A DNA stretch of 64,000 nt, from NCBI RefSeq assembly GCF_009914755.1, contig NC_060933.1, one strand, 5' to 3'. This DNA comes from the human T2T-CHM13v2.0 reference genome, Homo sapiens. A program made the position numbers and the translations under genes. The notes beneath the pieces are model-generated. The model was given only the letters and a program-made list of their open reading frames with translations. It did no database searches and was not told where the DNA came from. Within the stretch, counting starts at the first letter, position 1; every line of letters starts with the position of its first letter. Shown piece after piece: positions 30,704-45,066 of this stretch.

Positions 30704-32772
30704 ACCATAACAAGATGGCCAACTAGACACAGCCAGGAAGCACTGCTCCCACTGACAGAAACCAAAATATTGAGTAAACCAACGTATTTTGAGCCCATCT
30801 TCAGAGAGAAAATGCTGAGAGTCATTACAGACATGATGCAGACAACAAGGCTGAAGAGGGAGGAAGCTGGGAACCCTGCACAGGATACTTGCATGACAGG
30901 GCTAGTTCCCAGACCTGAATGCCTCCTGGGGAAGGGATAAGTGAAGGGATGGAGGGACAGGCCACTCTCACTGTGGACCTCTGGGATCCTAGGTACATAG
31001 AACTTCACATTCTCCATGGACATTTGAGCTGGCAGGGGAATCTTCAAAGAGAGTAGGCAGAGACAGGGCTTCACTGGCATGGAGCCTAGGAGCTTTTGTG
31101 CATGTGGCAGCTGTGGCAGAGCATGGCCTAGACACCCATCCCCCAGGGCTCCCCACCTCCCTACAGGCAGCTCTAGCCTCAGCTGATTGCTGGCCCAGGA
31201 GAGAGTGTGGCTGGCTTCCCTGTGGGACTGGGAAACTTCCAGGGCCCCTGCCTGGCCACCCTGCAGGAGGTGTGCACAGAGTAGCCTCTGCTGCCAAGCC
31301 TGGGTGCTTTGCTTCACCTGAGTACCTTCCTGGTGGCCTGGGAGCACTTTGGATCCCCCAGAACAGCTGGGGCCCAATCTCAAGGGTCTGGAGGATGAAG
31401 CTGAAAGCCAGTCCTAGCTCCCCAAAACTACACAAATACATGGAAATTGAACAGCTTGTTCCAGAGTAACTCCTCGGTGAACAATAAAATTAAGGAAGAA
31501 ATAAAAAAATTCTTTGAAATAAATGAAAATAGGGACACAGCTGACCAAAATCTCTGGGACACAGCTAGAACAGTATTAAGAGGAAAGTTTATAGCACTAA
31601 GCACCTTCAGCAAGAAATTAGAAAGGTCTCAAATTAACAATGTACCTTTGCAACTAGAGGAACTAGAAAAAAACAAGCCAACCCCAAAGCAAGCAGAAGA
31701 TAATAAATATCTAAAATTAGAGAAGAACTGAATGAAATTTAGACACAAAAATCCATAGAAAAGATCAATGAAACAAAGTGTTTTTTCTTCAGAAGAATAA
31801 ACGATCAATAAACCACTAGCTATATTAACAAAGAAAAAAAGAGAAGGTCTAAATAAGTACAATCAGAAATGACAAAGAAGACATTGCAACTGATCCCACA
31901 AAAATACAAAAGATCCTCAGAGACTATTATGAACAGCTCTATGTACACAAATTAAGAAAACCTAGAGAAAATGGATAAATTCCTGGAAACACACAAACTC
32001 CCAATATTGAACCAGAAAGAAAATGAAAACTTGAACAGACCAATAAGTTCCAAAATTATATCAGTATTAAAGAAACTGCCAACCACAAAAGAAAAAAAAA
32101 GAAAAAAAGAAAAGCCCTGGACCAGATGGATTCACAGACAAATTCTCTCAGACATAAAAAGAAGAACTGGTACCAGTCATATTGAAACTATTCAAAAAAA
32201 TTGAAAAGGAAGGGTACCTCTCTAACTTACCCTACGAAGCCAGAATCAGTCTGATACCAAAATCTGGCAGAGACACAACAAAAAAAGAAAACTTCAGGCC
32301 AATATACCTAACGAACATAGGTGCAAAAATTCTCAACAAAATACTAGGAAACTGAATCCAGCAGCACATCAAAAAGTTAATTTACCACAATAAGGCAGGC
32401 TTTACTCCTGAGATGCAAGGCTGGTTGAACATATGCAAATCAATAAATGTGATCCACCAGAGTAACAGAATTAAAAGCAAAACCCATATGATCATCTCAG
32501 TAGATGCAAAAAGAGCTTTCAATAAAATCCAACATCCCTTCATGATAAAAGCCCTCAACAAACTAGGCATCTAAGGTTCATACCTCAAAATAATAAGAGC
32601 CATCTACACCAAACCCACAGCCAACATCATACTGACTGGGCAAAAGCCAGAAGCATTCCCCCTAAGAACAAAAACAAGACAATGATGCCTACTCTCACTG
32701 CTGCTATTCAATGTAGTACTAACAGTCCTAGCCAGAGCAATTAGGCAAGAGGAAGAAATAAAAGACATCCGC

Positions 32773-32931
32773 GGCTGGGTGTGGTGGCTCACGCCTGTAA
32801 TCCCAGCACTTTGGGAGGCCGAGGTGGGCAGATCACGAGGTCAGGAGATCGAGACCATCCTGGCTAACACAGTGAAACCCCGTCTCTACTAAAAATACAA
32901 AAACAAAAACAAAAAACAAACAAACAAACAA
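32773..32931 (+). mobile_element. AluY left monomer only, with (AAAC)n tail
   Basis: TSD aaaagacatccgc at 32760-32772 and 32932-32944. Confidence 0.93.
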
Positions 32932-32990
32932 AAAAGACATCCGCATGGGAAAAGAAGAGGTCAAATTATCTCTCTTCACTGACAGTGTGA

Positions 32991-33297
<307 letters not shown>

Positions 33298-33415
33298 TGA
33301 TTCTATATCTAGAAAACCCTAAAGACTCTGCCAAAAGGCCCGTCAAACTGCTAAATGACTTCAGTAATGTTTCAGGGTACAAAAATAATGTACAAAAATC
33401 AATAGCATTTCTATA

Positions 33416-33953
33416 TATAACTGAGTACCTCAGCCTCGAAATACATTTTTAAACTATTTTTTTCCTTTCCTTCCTAATCTCAGAATGTAGCCTTATAGTG
33501 TAAGACTCTTTGTTATGTCCTTTCCCTACAGGCATATCTGTGCACAGTGCTTGCTCATCTAACTATGTGCTTGCTTAGAAATTCCAGGAGCCAATTTTGA
33601 AACAAACCAGGCAGAGAGACCAGGCCGCAGATCTTCCCACTCAAGGGGAGTTACGCCCAAGTCAGGATGATGCAAATCAGATCTCTAGATGGGCGATTAC
33701 TTGAGATAACTATGGGAACAAGACATGCAGCTATGCACTCCCTTTTCACTACTCATGTCTATATCCCACACCTTTTTCCTTCTTAAACCCGTTCACTCAG
33801 CCCAGAAGGCTGAGATGGCTCTTTTGAGGCTTATGCCCAGACATTCTCCCATCTGCTAGAATTTGACCAATAAAAGTTGCTTTCCTTTCACCACACGTCA
33901 GTTCTCATGCTTTGACTTCTGAGAGGAGAGCAGCTGGACTTGAGCTGGTTACA
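33416..33953 (+). mobile_element. ERV1-class solo LTR (MER34/MER39-like) inside the L1
   Basis: t(a/g)taac...ggttaca termini, aataaa near the 3' end, 4-bp TSD tata; L1 sequence resumes seamlessly. Confidence 0.8.
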
Positions 33954-34075
33954 TATACACCAATAATGTTCAAGCTGAGAGCCAAATCAAGAACACAATC
34001 CCATTTACAATAGCCACACACAAAAATGAAATACCTAGGAATACAGCTAACCAAGAAAGTTAAAGATCTCTACAA

Positions 34076-35544
34076 ACCTGACAATGTTGGTGTTGTCGTG
34101 TTTGGAAATGATTAACTAATTAAGGAAGGAGCTAGAGTGAAGAGGACAGGAGCCATTGTGGACATTCCAGTTGGTGAGGAGCTGTTGGGTCATGTGGTTG
34201 ATGCCCTTGGTAATGGCATTGGTGGAAAGGGTCCATTTGGTTCCAAGACCCATAGGCGAGTTGGTCTGAAAGCCCCTGGAATCATTCCTCGAATTTCAGT
34301 GCAGGAACCAATGCAGACTGGCATTAAGGCTGTAAATAGCTTGGTGCCAATTGGCCATGGTCAGTGTGAGCTGATTATTGGTAATGGACAGACTGGGAAA
34401 ATCTCAATTGCTATTGACACAATCATTAACCAGAAATGTTTCAATGATGGATCTGATGAAAAGAAGAAGCTGTACTGTGTCTATGTTGTTATTGGTCAAA
34501 AGAGATCCACTGTTGCCCAGTTGGTGAAGAGACTTACGATGCAGATGCCATGAATTACACCATCGTGGTGTCAGCTATGGCCTCAGATGCTGCCCCACTT
34601 CAGTAACTGGCTCCTTACACTGGCTGTTCCATGGGAGAGTATTTTAGAGACAATGGCAAACATGCTTTGACCATCTATGACAACTTATCCAAACAGGCTG
34701 TTGCTTACCATCAGATGTTTCTGTTGCTCTGCCAACCCCCTGGTTGTGAGGCCTATCCTGGTGTTGTGTTCTACCTATACTCCCAGTTGCTGGAGAGAGC
34801 AGCCCAGATGAACAATGCTTTTGGTGGTGGCTCCTTGACTGCTTTGCCAGTCATAGAAACAGACTGGTGATGTGTCTGCTTACATTCCAATGAATGTAAT
34901 TTCTGTCACTAACGGACAGTTCTTCTTGGAAACAGAATTGTTCTACAAAGGTATCCACCCTGCCATTAATGTCGGTCTGTGTCTCCTGTCGGATCTGCTG
35001 CCCAAACCAGGGCTATGAAGCAGGTGGCAGGTACCATGAAGCTGGAAGTGGCTCAGTATCATGAGGTCACCACTTTTGCCCAGTTCAGTTCTGACCTCGA
35101 TGCTGCCACTCAACAACTTTTGAGTTGTGGTGTGTGTCTAACTGAGTTGCTGAAGCAAAGACAGTATACTCCCATGGCTATTGGAGAACAAGTGGCTGTT
35201 ATCCATGTGGGTATTAGGGGCTATCTTGATAAACGGGAGCCCAGCAAGATTACAAAGTTTGAGAATGCTTTCTTGTCTCATGTCAGCTGGCACCAAGCCC
35301 TGTTGGGCACTACCAGGGCTGATGGAAAGATCTCAGAAGAATCAGATGCAAAGCTGAAAGAGATTGTAACAAACTTCTTGGCTGAATTTGAAGCTTAAAC
35401 GCCTGTGGATTTACATCAAATACCAGTTCAGTTTTGTCATTGTTTATTCTAGTAGATTAGTTTTATTTGTGAAAGGGTTACTCTCATACTCCTTATGTAC
35501 AGAAATCACATGAAAAGTAAAGGTTCCATAATGTGAAAAAGAAA
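34076..35544 (+). pseudogene. ATP5F1A: 5'-truncated processed pseudogene of mitochondrial ATP synthase F1 alpha
   Basis: [69 protein letters not shown]; intronless with stops and frameshifts; 3'UTR, A-tail, TSD aaagatctctacaa at 34062-34075 and 35545-35558. Confidence 0.97.
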
Positions 35545-37267
35545 AAAGATCTCTACAAGGAGAACTGCCAACCACTGCTGAAAGAAATCACAGATGACAC
35601 AAATAAATAAAAAAAAAATTCCATGCTGATGGATTGGAAGAATCAATATTGTTAAAATGACCATGCTGCCCAAAGCAGTTTAAAGATTTAATGCTATAAC
35701 TACCAATGTCATTTTTCACAGAACTAGAAAAAACTATTCTAAAATTCATATAGAACCAAAAAACAGCCCGAATAGCTAAAGCAATCCTAAGCAAAAAGAA
35801 CAAAGCTGGAGGCATCACACTACCAACTTCAAACTATACTATAAGGCTACAGTAAGCAAAACAGTTTGGTCCTGGTACAAAAAAAGACAGATGAATGGAA
35901 CAGAATAGATAATCCAGAAGCAGTTCTGCACACCTATAGCCATCTGCTCTTCGACAAAGCCCACAAAAAAATGGGAAAAGGGTCCCCTATTCAATAAATA
36001 GTGCTGAAATAACTAGCTAGCCATATGCAGAACAATGAAACTGGACCCCTACCTTTTATCGTATACAAACATTAACTCAAAATGAATTCAAGATTTAAAT
36101 GTATGACCTCAAACTATAAGAATCCTGGAAGAAAACCTAGGAAAAACAGTATTCTGGACATCAGCCTTGGCAAAGAATTTTTGGCTAAGTCCCCAAAAGC
36201 AATTGCAACAAAACCAAACACTGACATGTGGGACCCAATTAGACTAAAAAGCTCCTGCTCATCAAAAGAAACTGTCAGTAAACAGACAACCTACATAATA
36301 GGAGAAAATATTTGCAAAGTATGCATCTAACAAAGGTCTAATATCCAGAACCTATGAGGAACTCAGACAAATCAAGAAAAAACAAACAAATAACCCCATT
36401 AAAAAATGGGCAAAGGACATGGACAGATACTTCTCAAAAGAAGGCATACAAGCGGCCAACAAACATATGAAAAAATGTCCAACATCAGTAATCATCAGAG
36501 CAATGCAAATCAAAACCACAATAAGATACCATCTCACCCCAGTCAGAATGGCTATTATGAAAAGGTCAAAAAACAACAGATGCTGGTGAGGCTGTGTGTG
36601 CATAAAAGGGAATGCTTATAAACTGTTGAGGGGAATGTAAACTGGTTCAGCCACTGTGGAAAGCAATTGAAGATTTCTCAAAGAATTTAGGACTACCATT
36701 TAACCTACCAATCCCATTATTGGGCATATACCCAAGGGAAAATAAATCATTCTACCAAAAAGACACATACACTTGTATGTTCATAACAGCATTATTCGCA
36801 ATAGCAAAGACATGGAATTAACCTGGGTGCTTATCAACGGTAGATTGAATTTTAAAAATGTAGTAGTAGTACATATACACCACAGAATACTACACAGCCA
36901 TAAAAAAGAATGAAATCATGTCCTTTTCAGAAACATGGATGCAACTGGAGGCCATAACCCTAAGTAAATTGTTATAATATAGGAATGGAAAACCAAATAC
37001 AGCTTGTTCTTACTTGTAAGTGGAAGCTAAACACTGAGTACACATTGACATAAATATGGTAACACTAGGCACTGTGAACTACTGGAAGGGGCAGGAGGGA
37101 GGGGAGATGGGTTGAAAAACTGCCTGTTAGGTAATATGCTCACTACCTGGGTGATGGAATCCATATCCTAAACATCAGCATTATTCCACATACCTGTGTA
37201 AAAACTTGCAGCTATATCCCCTGAATATAAAATAAAATCAAAATTATTTTTTTAAAAAGAAATTGTT

Positions 37268-37735
37268 GTCATTACAGGAAGTGGTAGATATTTTGGGTTC
37301 TGCCTAAGCTGTTTCTGAATCAGAAGGGAGTCCATATGATTCTGTTTGACATAAGTATCCCTGCTCAAACCGTTCTGGAAGGAATCAACTTTATACATGG
37401 AGAGATCTGTCATCTCTCTGAGGTAGAGAAAGCCTTCCAGGATATAAATGTTACCTGTGTGTTCCATATTGTCTTTTATGTTATGTCAGGGTGGAAACAA
37501 TTGAATCAAAAACTGCTGGAAAAAGTCAATGTGGGGGACACAGGCAATGTCCTCCAGGCTTGCAGGAGGATAAGAGTAATAAAATTAGTTTACACTAGTG
37601 CTTTTAATGCATATTTGGAGGTGAAATGGTCAGAAATGAAGATGAATCTGTCTTTCTTAGCTCTTCACCTCTAAAGCAATCACTACTCTCAGACAAAATT
37701 GACTATGGACAAAAAGATAGTGGAAGTAAATGGTG
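37268..37735 (+). pseudogene. SDR42E1: SDR42E1 processed pseudogene, 3' piece (Rossmann-fold region), truncated
   Basis: ILFDISIPAQTVLEGINFIHGEICHLSEVEKAFQDINVTCVFHI...KLVYTSAFN, then HYSQTK; frameshifted. Confidence 0.88.
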
Positions 37736-38169
37736 TTTTTCCTCCCCTACATCACTAACATCCTGAATCCCTTCCTTTAAGTCTGTGACCACTGGGATAC
37801 TTGGTCCCACTAAGATAGCTTTCCTCCACTATGATTCCTCATCTACATGTTCAGTGTCATCAGAAGAATGATGTCCTTTTCCAGATAGCTGAATTACGCA
37901 GCATTTAAATTTATCTTATTTCATTTTTTATGAGAAGTTATAATATTGGAATAAAAAGCAGAAACAAGGAAAGAGATTTTCTGAAGTATACATTTTATAT
38001 GAGCCAAGGAATTAGTACCTGGAAAAATAAACTGTGATGTTTAAAATTAGTTTATATATGGAGATAATTATGTTTCTTGCTAAAATGCCTATCACCCTAC
38101 TGATTCTCAATTTGAAATAAGCATTATAACTTTTACATGTCTGAATATGAAATTTTACAAATTTGACAG

Positions 38170-38379
38170 GAGAGGCCAGAGAATTAGCTTGCTCTTTTTC
38201 CACCATGTAGGAATAAAATAAGAAATCAGCAGTCTCCAATCAGCAGTTACTGGAACTCAACCATGCTGATGCCTTGATCTTGGACTTCCCAGCCACCAGA
38301 ACTATGAGAAATAAATATTTCTTGTTTAAGCCACGCAGTTTATGATAATTTGTTATATCAGCCTAAACTGATTAAGACA
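38170..38379 (+). mobile_element. MLT1/MST LTR 3' fragment
   Basis: ttgatcttggacttcccagcc...agaaataaat...gtttaagccac...taagaca. Confidence 0.75.
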
Positions 38380-39446
38380 AAAATGCTAAGAAACAGAAGG
38401 ACCACATAGTAAAATTCCATAAACTGTTCTGGAATTTTATATCTACTACTAAGGTCTAGAATCCAGTAGGTCCTCATGGATTGAATATGGCACCAGCAAG
38501 GGGGATGTGGACATGAGCCAGATCCTAACACAAAGGATATTTGCCCTCAGACCTCCTTTATGGTTCCTTCCAGGAGTGTGCAGCCCAGAATAAAGGTTTG
38601 ATGGAGTGACTGGTGCCACAGGTATGAGCAATCGGCTCATAATGGGGGCAACAGTTTGGAATCAGAGAATCATGATTATTCTTGTAAATGATACTTATGG
38701 ACCAAAGAGGCACATTGGGCTCAGAACATAGCATTTTTTCCCCTAGGTCTGTCAGCCTATATATCTTTTACAGGCTAGGTATGTCAAGAGTCTACATTTG
38801 GGAGAGGTCATAAAATCCATATAATATACATTTTGTACACAATTTCAGAATTTGTAACAGATTATACTCAAGATACTGCATTTTATCTAGTGTGTTTTTA
38901 CATTATAATTTCACAGGGTAACAGCTTCTCATTTTCAATGCTAGGTTACTTTTATGTGATATTCACATTTTGTACCAATCTGGTGTTCAGATTTTATATT
39001 GCTTGATATGATTTTTTAAGTGCATAATCACTTTCTTAAAGTTTCTGTTTAAAAACTTATGGGAAGCATGACATAATATAAATTATATTAGAGATGGAAT
39101 ACTTAATATCCCCTAAAATACCAGATAACTTAGACCAGTATCCCAGTATTTAAATATATAGTTGATAACTCAAAGTAATTTATCACTGTTTCTCTGTAAT
39201 CATTTTGATGTCACAGGTTGTTTAAGGCTTAATGATGATTAAGAACATTTAGTGAATTTATGAACACTTTAATGAATTGATTTAACATTTCAGCTGTTTA
39301 TGTGCAAGGACCCATAAAATTATCAATTTAAATGACTTGAGAATTAAAATATAATAGTTTATTCTTGGAGCATCACTTTTTCTCTCTCCAGTTATTGGTC
39401 AGGCTATCAAATGCTTTTTTAAAAATCTAAGTTTTAAATATTTTTA

Positions 39447-39758
<312 letters not shown>

Positions 39759-40410
39759 TGAGATTGTGGATGATAATCTCATTTTGGGTAGATTTGTATT
39801 CTGGGTAGATTTTTATCAGGGATCCTGATTTAAAAAGAAAAAAAATAAATTTTTTTTCTGGTTATGATTAGCATTTTTCATTAATTACCACCTATTTTAG
39901 TTAAGGTAGCTCTATTTAATTCATACAACATTTTATTTGTTAGTGCATGGTGCAATTAAAACAATAGTTACAATGTCATGAAGGACCTGCGCCAAGAATC
40001 ACATGACACCACATAGCCATCAGTACCTATGACAATGCTACTTTTAAATTCTCATTTTTTAATGAGAATATTGAGGCTCCAAGATGTTAAGTAACTTTCC
40101 CAAGAATACACAGCTAGTAGATTCAGATTTATAAGGCCACAAAGCCTGGGTTCTCAGTTACTACTCTGCTCACTGGAACTTGTGGGAGCAAATTCTGATC
40201 AACTTATAAGCTCTTCTTCCCCAAAAGATCTTATATTGGAGAAGAAGGAGACCTCTATACTGCAGAGCTAAAGTTTTGAGTAGGTCGTGCTTGACTTCTG
40301 GGGCATGAAAACTGGTTTTATGAAGGTAAAATCATCAGCATTTCCGTGGAGCATCTTGTGTTTCTCAGGGCATGGGAACCAACCATCTGCAGTATAAAGT
40401 AAATTTTTAA

Positions 40411-40799
<389 letters not shown>

Positions 40800-41122
40800 T
40801 AGGTGATTCTTATTGAAATATCATAAAGGGCAAGTATTGTGACAACTTTTCTCCATGATTAATAAAACAAACAGATAATCTTTATAATACTAATCATTGC
40901 TGTTTCTTTATAAAATGTTCTTGATTACTTAAAGTACTATTAAATTAAAAATCAGATTTTTGCAACATGTAGAAGGCTCTTTTAAAAAAACTATAATATT
41001 ATTCTATATTGTATTTCTGTAGGTATAATATCACATCACCATAATCTGCATGGTCTAATAAAATAATAGACTGTTTCTCAATAAATAGCTTTCCCACAAT
41101 ATGGAAACATTGGCAATGTTTT

Positions 41123-41431
41123 GTTTTGTTTTTTTGTTTGTTTTGTTTTGAGATGGAGTCTCGCTCTGTCACCCAGACTGGAGTGCAGTGGCATGATCTC
41201 GGCTCACTACTACTTCCGCCTTCTGGGTTCAAGCGATTCTCCTGCCTCAGCCTCCTGATTAGCTGGGACTACAGGCATGTGCCACTACACCAGGCTAATT
41301 TTTTTGTATTTTTAGTAGAGATGAGGTTTCACCGTGTTAGCCAGGGTGATCTGGAACTCCTGACCTTGTGATCCGCCTGCCTCAGCCTCCCAAAGTGCTG
41401 GGATTACACGCATGAGCCACCACATCCAGCC
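41123..41431 (-). mobile_element. AluS
   Basis: Full dimer; TSD ggcaatgtttt. Confidence 0.96.
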
Positions 41432-41656
41432 GGCAATGTTTTTTAACATGTAGTTTAGTCTTCAGACCCTCTCAAATTACTTACTGAACTAAAGTATGCC
41501 TTTTATAAGAAACAACATTCAGTAATATAAAAATAAACTCTCATCTCTTCTTTACTTTCCATTTAATTTAAGGTACATTTTGGAGGACATTCTTGTGCTT
41601 ACTTCATGTAGCCTCACTTGCTTTTAGGTGAATTCAAAATTCTAATGTTAATCCCT

Positions 41657-42194
41657 TGTATTAGGTTTCTCTAGAGGAACAGAAGTAATAGGATATATGT
41701 ATATACGAAAGGGAATTTATTAAGGAATATTGACTCGGATGATCACAAGGTAAAATTCCAGGATAGGCTGTCTGCAAGTTGAGGAGCAAGCAAGCCAGTG
41801 GTGGTTCCGTCTGAGTCCCCAAACCTCAAAAGTAGGGAAGCTGACAGCGCAGCCTTCAGTCTGTGGCCAAAGGCTCAAGAGCCCCTGGAAAACCACTGGT
41901 GTAAGTCCAAGAGTCCAAAAGCTGAAGAACTTGGAGTCTGATGTTCGAGGGCAGGAAGCATCCAGCACAGGAGAAAGATGAAGGCTGGAAGACTCAGTAG
42001 TCTGCTCTTCCATCTTCTCCTGCCTCCTCGCTGGCAGCTGATTAGATGGTGCCCACCAGATTGAGGGTGGATCTGCCTCTCCCAGACCACTGACTCAAAT
42101 GTTAATTTCCTTTGGCAACACCCTCACAGACACACCCAGGAACAATACTTTGCATCCTTCAATCTAATCAAGTTGACACTCAATATTAACCATC
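41657..42194 (-). mobile_element. MLT2A/B solo LTR
   Basis: tgtattaggtttctctagagg...caagttgacactcaatattaaccatc. Confidence 0.9.
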
Positions 42195-42669
42195 TTCTTA
42201 CTGAGCAGTTAACTCATAATAACACTGCCAAAGAGAACTCTAACAGTTAACAGAAGCGTCGTTTGTTGTCCTAAGTCTGTCATAATATTCTGTATAACCT
42301 TTGAAGAAACATTTAAATTTTCCTCTTTCAAGCAATGAAATATGCATTCCTTAAATTGAAAGAACATGAGCCTCCTTGATGTGTTGCCTGACATGGTGGG
42401 AAAGGTGAGCCCCTGAGTCGGAGGACTCATCCCGGATCCCATTCTCTCACAGGCTTGTGAAAGCAGAAGTCACCTTCCTTCTGACCTTGGCATGTATCCT
42501 GCTTCAAGAATGGAACTGGAGGCATATCTATTCTTATTACAAAGAAAATTTAAGTCATTCTCCTATAGAATTTTAATTTCAATCATTGTTTTAGGAATTT
42601 GCAAATATATGGCTTGCTTTGTCTTAACTAATAGAAAAAGTGTCCTTTTTCAAAAAGAGAAGTGTTAAT

Positions 42670-42865
42670 GTAATGATAATAGTAATGACTTCACAGAATG
42701 TGTGTTCTGTTCCAAGCACTTTAAGCATATTAACAATTTAATCCTCACAGTAATCCTTGGAGGATGATATCATCCTGATTTTGCAAGTGAGACAACTGAG
42801 GCACAGAAAGGCCAAGGCTTATATAGCAGAGCTGGGATTTGAACCCAGGATGTCTGGCTCTTAAT
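42670..42865 (-). mobile_element. MIR
   Basis: tttaatcctcacag...aactgaggcacaga...gggatttgaacccagg. Confidence 0.8.
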
Positions 42866-44621
42866 GCTGTTAGTTTACATTCTTAACTGTGGGCCAGATG
42901 TGTGTAACTGACTATCAAACGTGGTTCTGACACAAAATTCTACATCTAAATTCCAATCTCCATTTTACATTTCTGCTAACCTGACGGGGGAAAAACTTTT
43001 ATTTTAATATGACCAGGGATCCACATTTTGAAAAATATTGCCAGTGCAGTCCTGACAGCCACTTCTTCATTCTTAAGCACCTGGGAGGAAACTGTTCAGA
43101 AGTGGTTGGTTATGAAATGGTAAAATCAGCTCTGCCCTGCTGATGAATCCAGAATAATTACCAATGACTAAGTCCAGCCTCATGACCACTTCTTGAGTGA
43201 CATTGAGTTTGCATCCTAATTTGAAGTTTACAATTCTGGCAAGATATTGGACAGCTGCAGGGATAATTTTGTTCACAAGTATAGATGCAAAATTCTATGC
43301 TGCGTTAAAGCTATTTTAAAGAGCATATTTTAGGACTAGTGTTTATTTCCTTGTGTCTAAATTTCCTGTTTTGCATTTGCTTCAGCTAAGATTGTTTTGG
43401 GCTAAACTTATCTTCCTACACAGACCCTTGATATCATGTAAATCAAAATAATCATAGGCATATTTAATTATATGACATTTGTTGTCTCTACACTAAAGTT
43501 TTTCTAACATTCTTAAATTTTGTCTACATAATGAATATATTTTTAACAGAAAAAAAAAACTATAGGTTTGATTGCCTGCTTATTTAAATAAAAAGAGAAA
43601 GAAGAGATAGAAGAACTATGAACTCTTTATTGGTTGCCAAACAATAAAAATACCTTTTTGGGAAAAAAGTAAACCCCATTGTTTCCTTGAATGTGCTTGT
43701 TCTTTCAGCTCAGTCCTAAGAGTGGATGATTACTGAGCACAGGGCCCTGAGATGAACTGAGGGACTCGCATCTCATTCAAGCCTCACAAAGCAGTGGAAG
43801 GATTAACGTTTTCTTCATTTTATAAAGAGCACACTGAGACTAAGAATGGTTGACTAGTTTGCCCAAGTTCTCAAGAGTAGTAAAATTTTGAGCCGTTAAT
43901 TTAAAACAGACCATCTGGAGGTAGACTAGAGCTGAGAATGATCTCAATTAAAGGAAGGAATTCTGTCACTTTGTGGAGTTTTATGAAGAGATAAGATAGA
44001 AACCAACCTACTGAGTATTAAACAAAAGGCTATTTCCCGAAAACATCCTTCCACATTCATTCTTCAATCAGTAAAATTTTACTACCATTAAGGCAGAAAA
44101 AGGGTTAGACACAATTCCTTCCTTCAAGAAGTTTAGAGGTTAATAGGGACACTACAATATTCGTGACATAACTTAAAACTACATAAAAACAGTATAGAAA
44201 GGTAAAGATTTCTCTGTGAAAGAGGTATAAAAAAGAAAATATTTTCCTCATGGTAAGCTTGAAGTTTCTTCCTCCCTGGGAGGCTTAAAGGAGTCTTCGT
44301 GATGGAGATCTAGAATCCATCTTTAGTTGGTTAGTGTGTGCACATATGAGAGGGAAGGCCATGCTGGGCCTGATCCAACAATGAGGCTGGAAATGGGTGT
44401 ACTTTTAACAAAATGAATAAATAAATAAATGATCTTGTTTGCCTAGGAGCCTGCAAGGGACTAATGGAAGCTGTGAATAGAAAGACCCTTTGGAACCAAT
44501 TTGGAGATGTCCTTGAAAACGAGGGGAGTATAGAATTTTCTCCAAAAGAAAATAAGAAACCTTTAAAGGATTGTATCTGCGGAGGGGCAAGATAGTAACA
44601 AAATCTTCGAAGAGGAAATAA

Positions 44622-45066
<445 letters not shown>

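Noticed and set aside
30574-31383. 269-aa minus-strand ORF, the longest in the track
   Set aside because: Antisense to a GC-rich L1 5'UTR and runs across the SDR42E1 fragment junction; no recognisable domain
34137-35398. ATP synthase alpha ORFs as a functional gene
   Set aside because: 5'-truncated, fragmented by stops and frameshifts, flanked by a TSD; not a NUMT because ATP5F1A is nuclear-encoded
42414-42429. Small hairpin tgagtc-ggag-gactca
   Set aside because: A 6-bp stem is expected by chance in 64 kb
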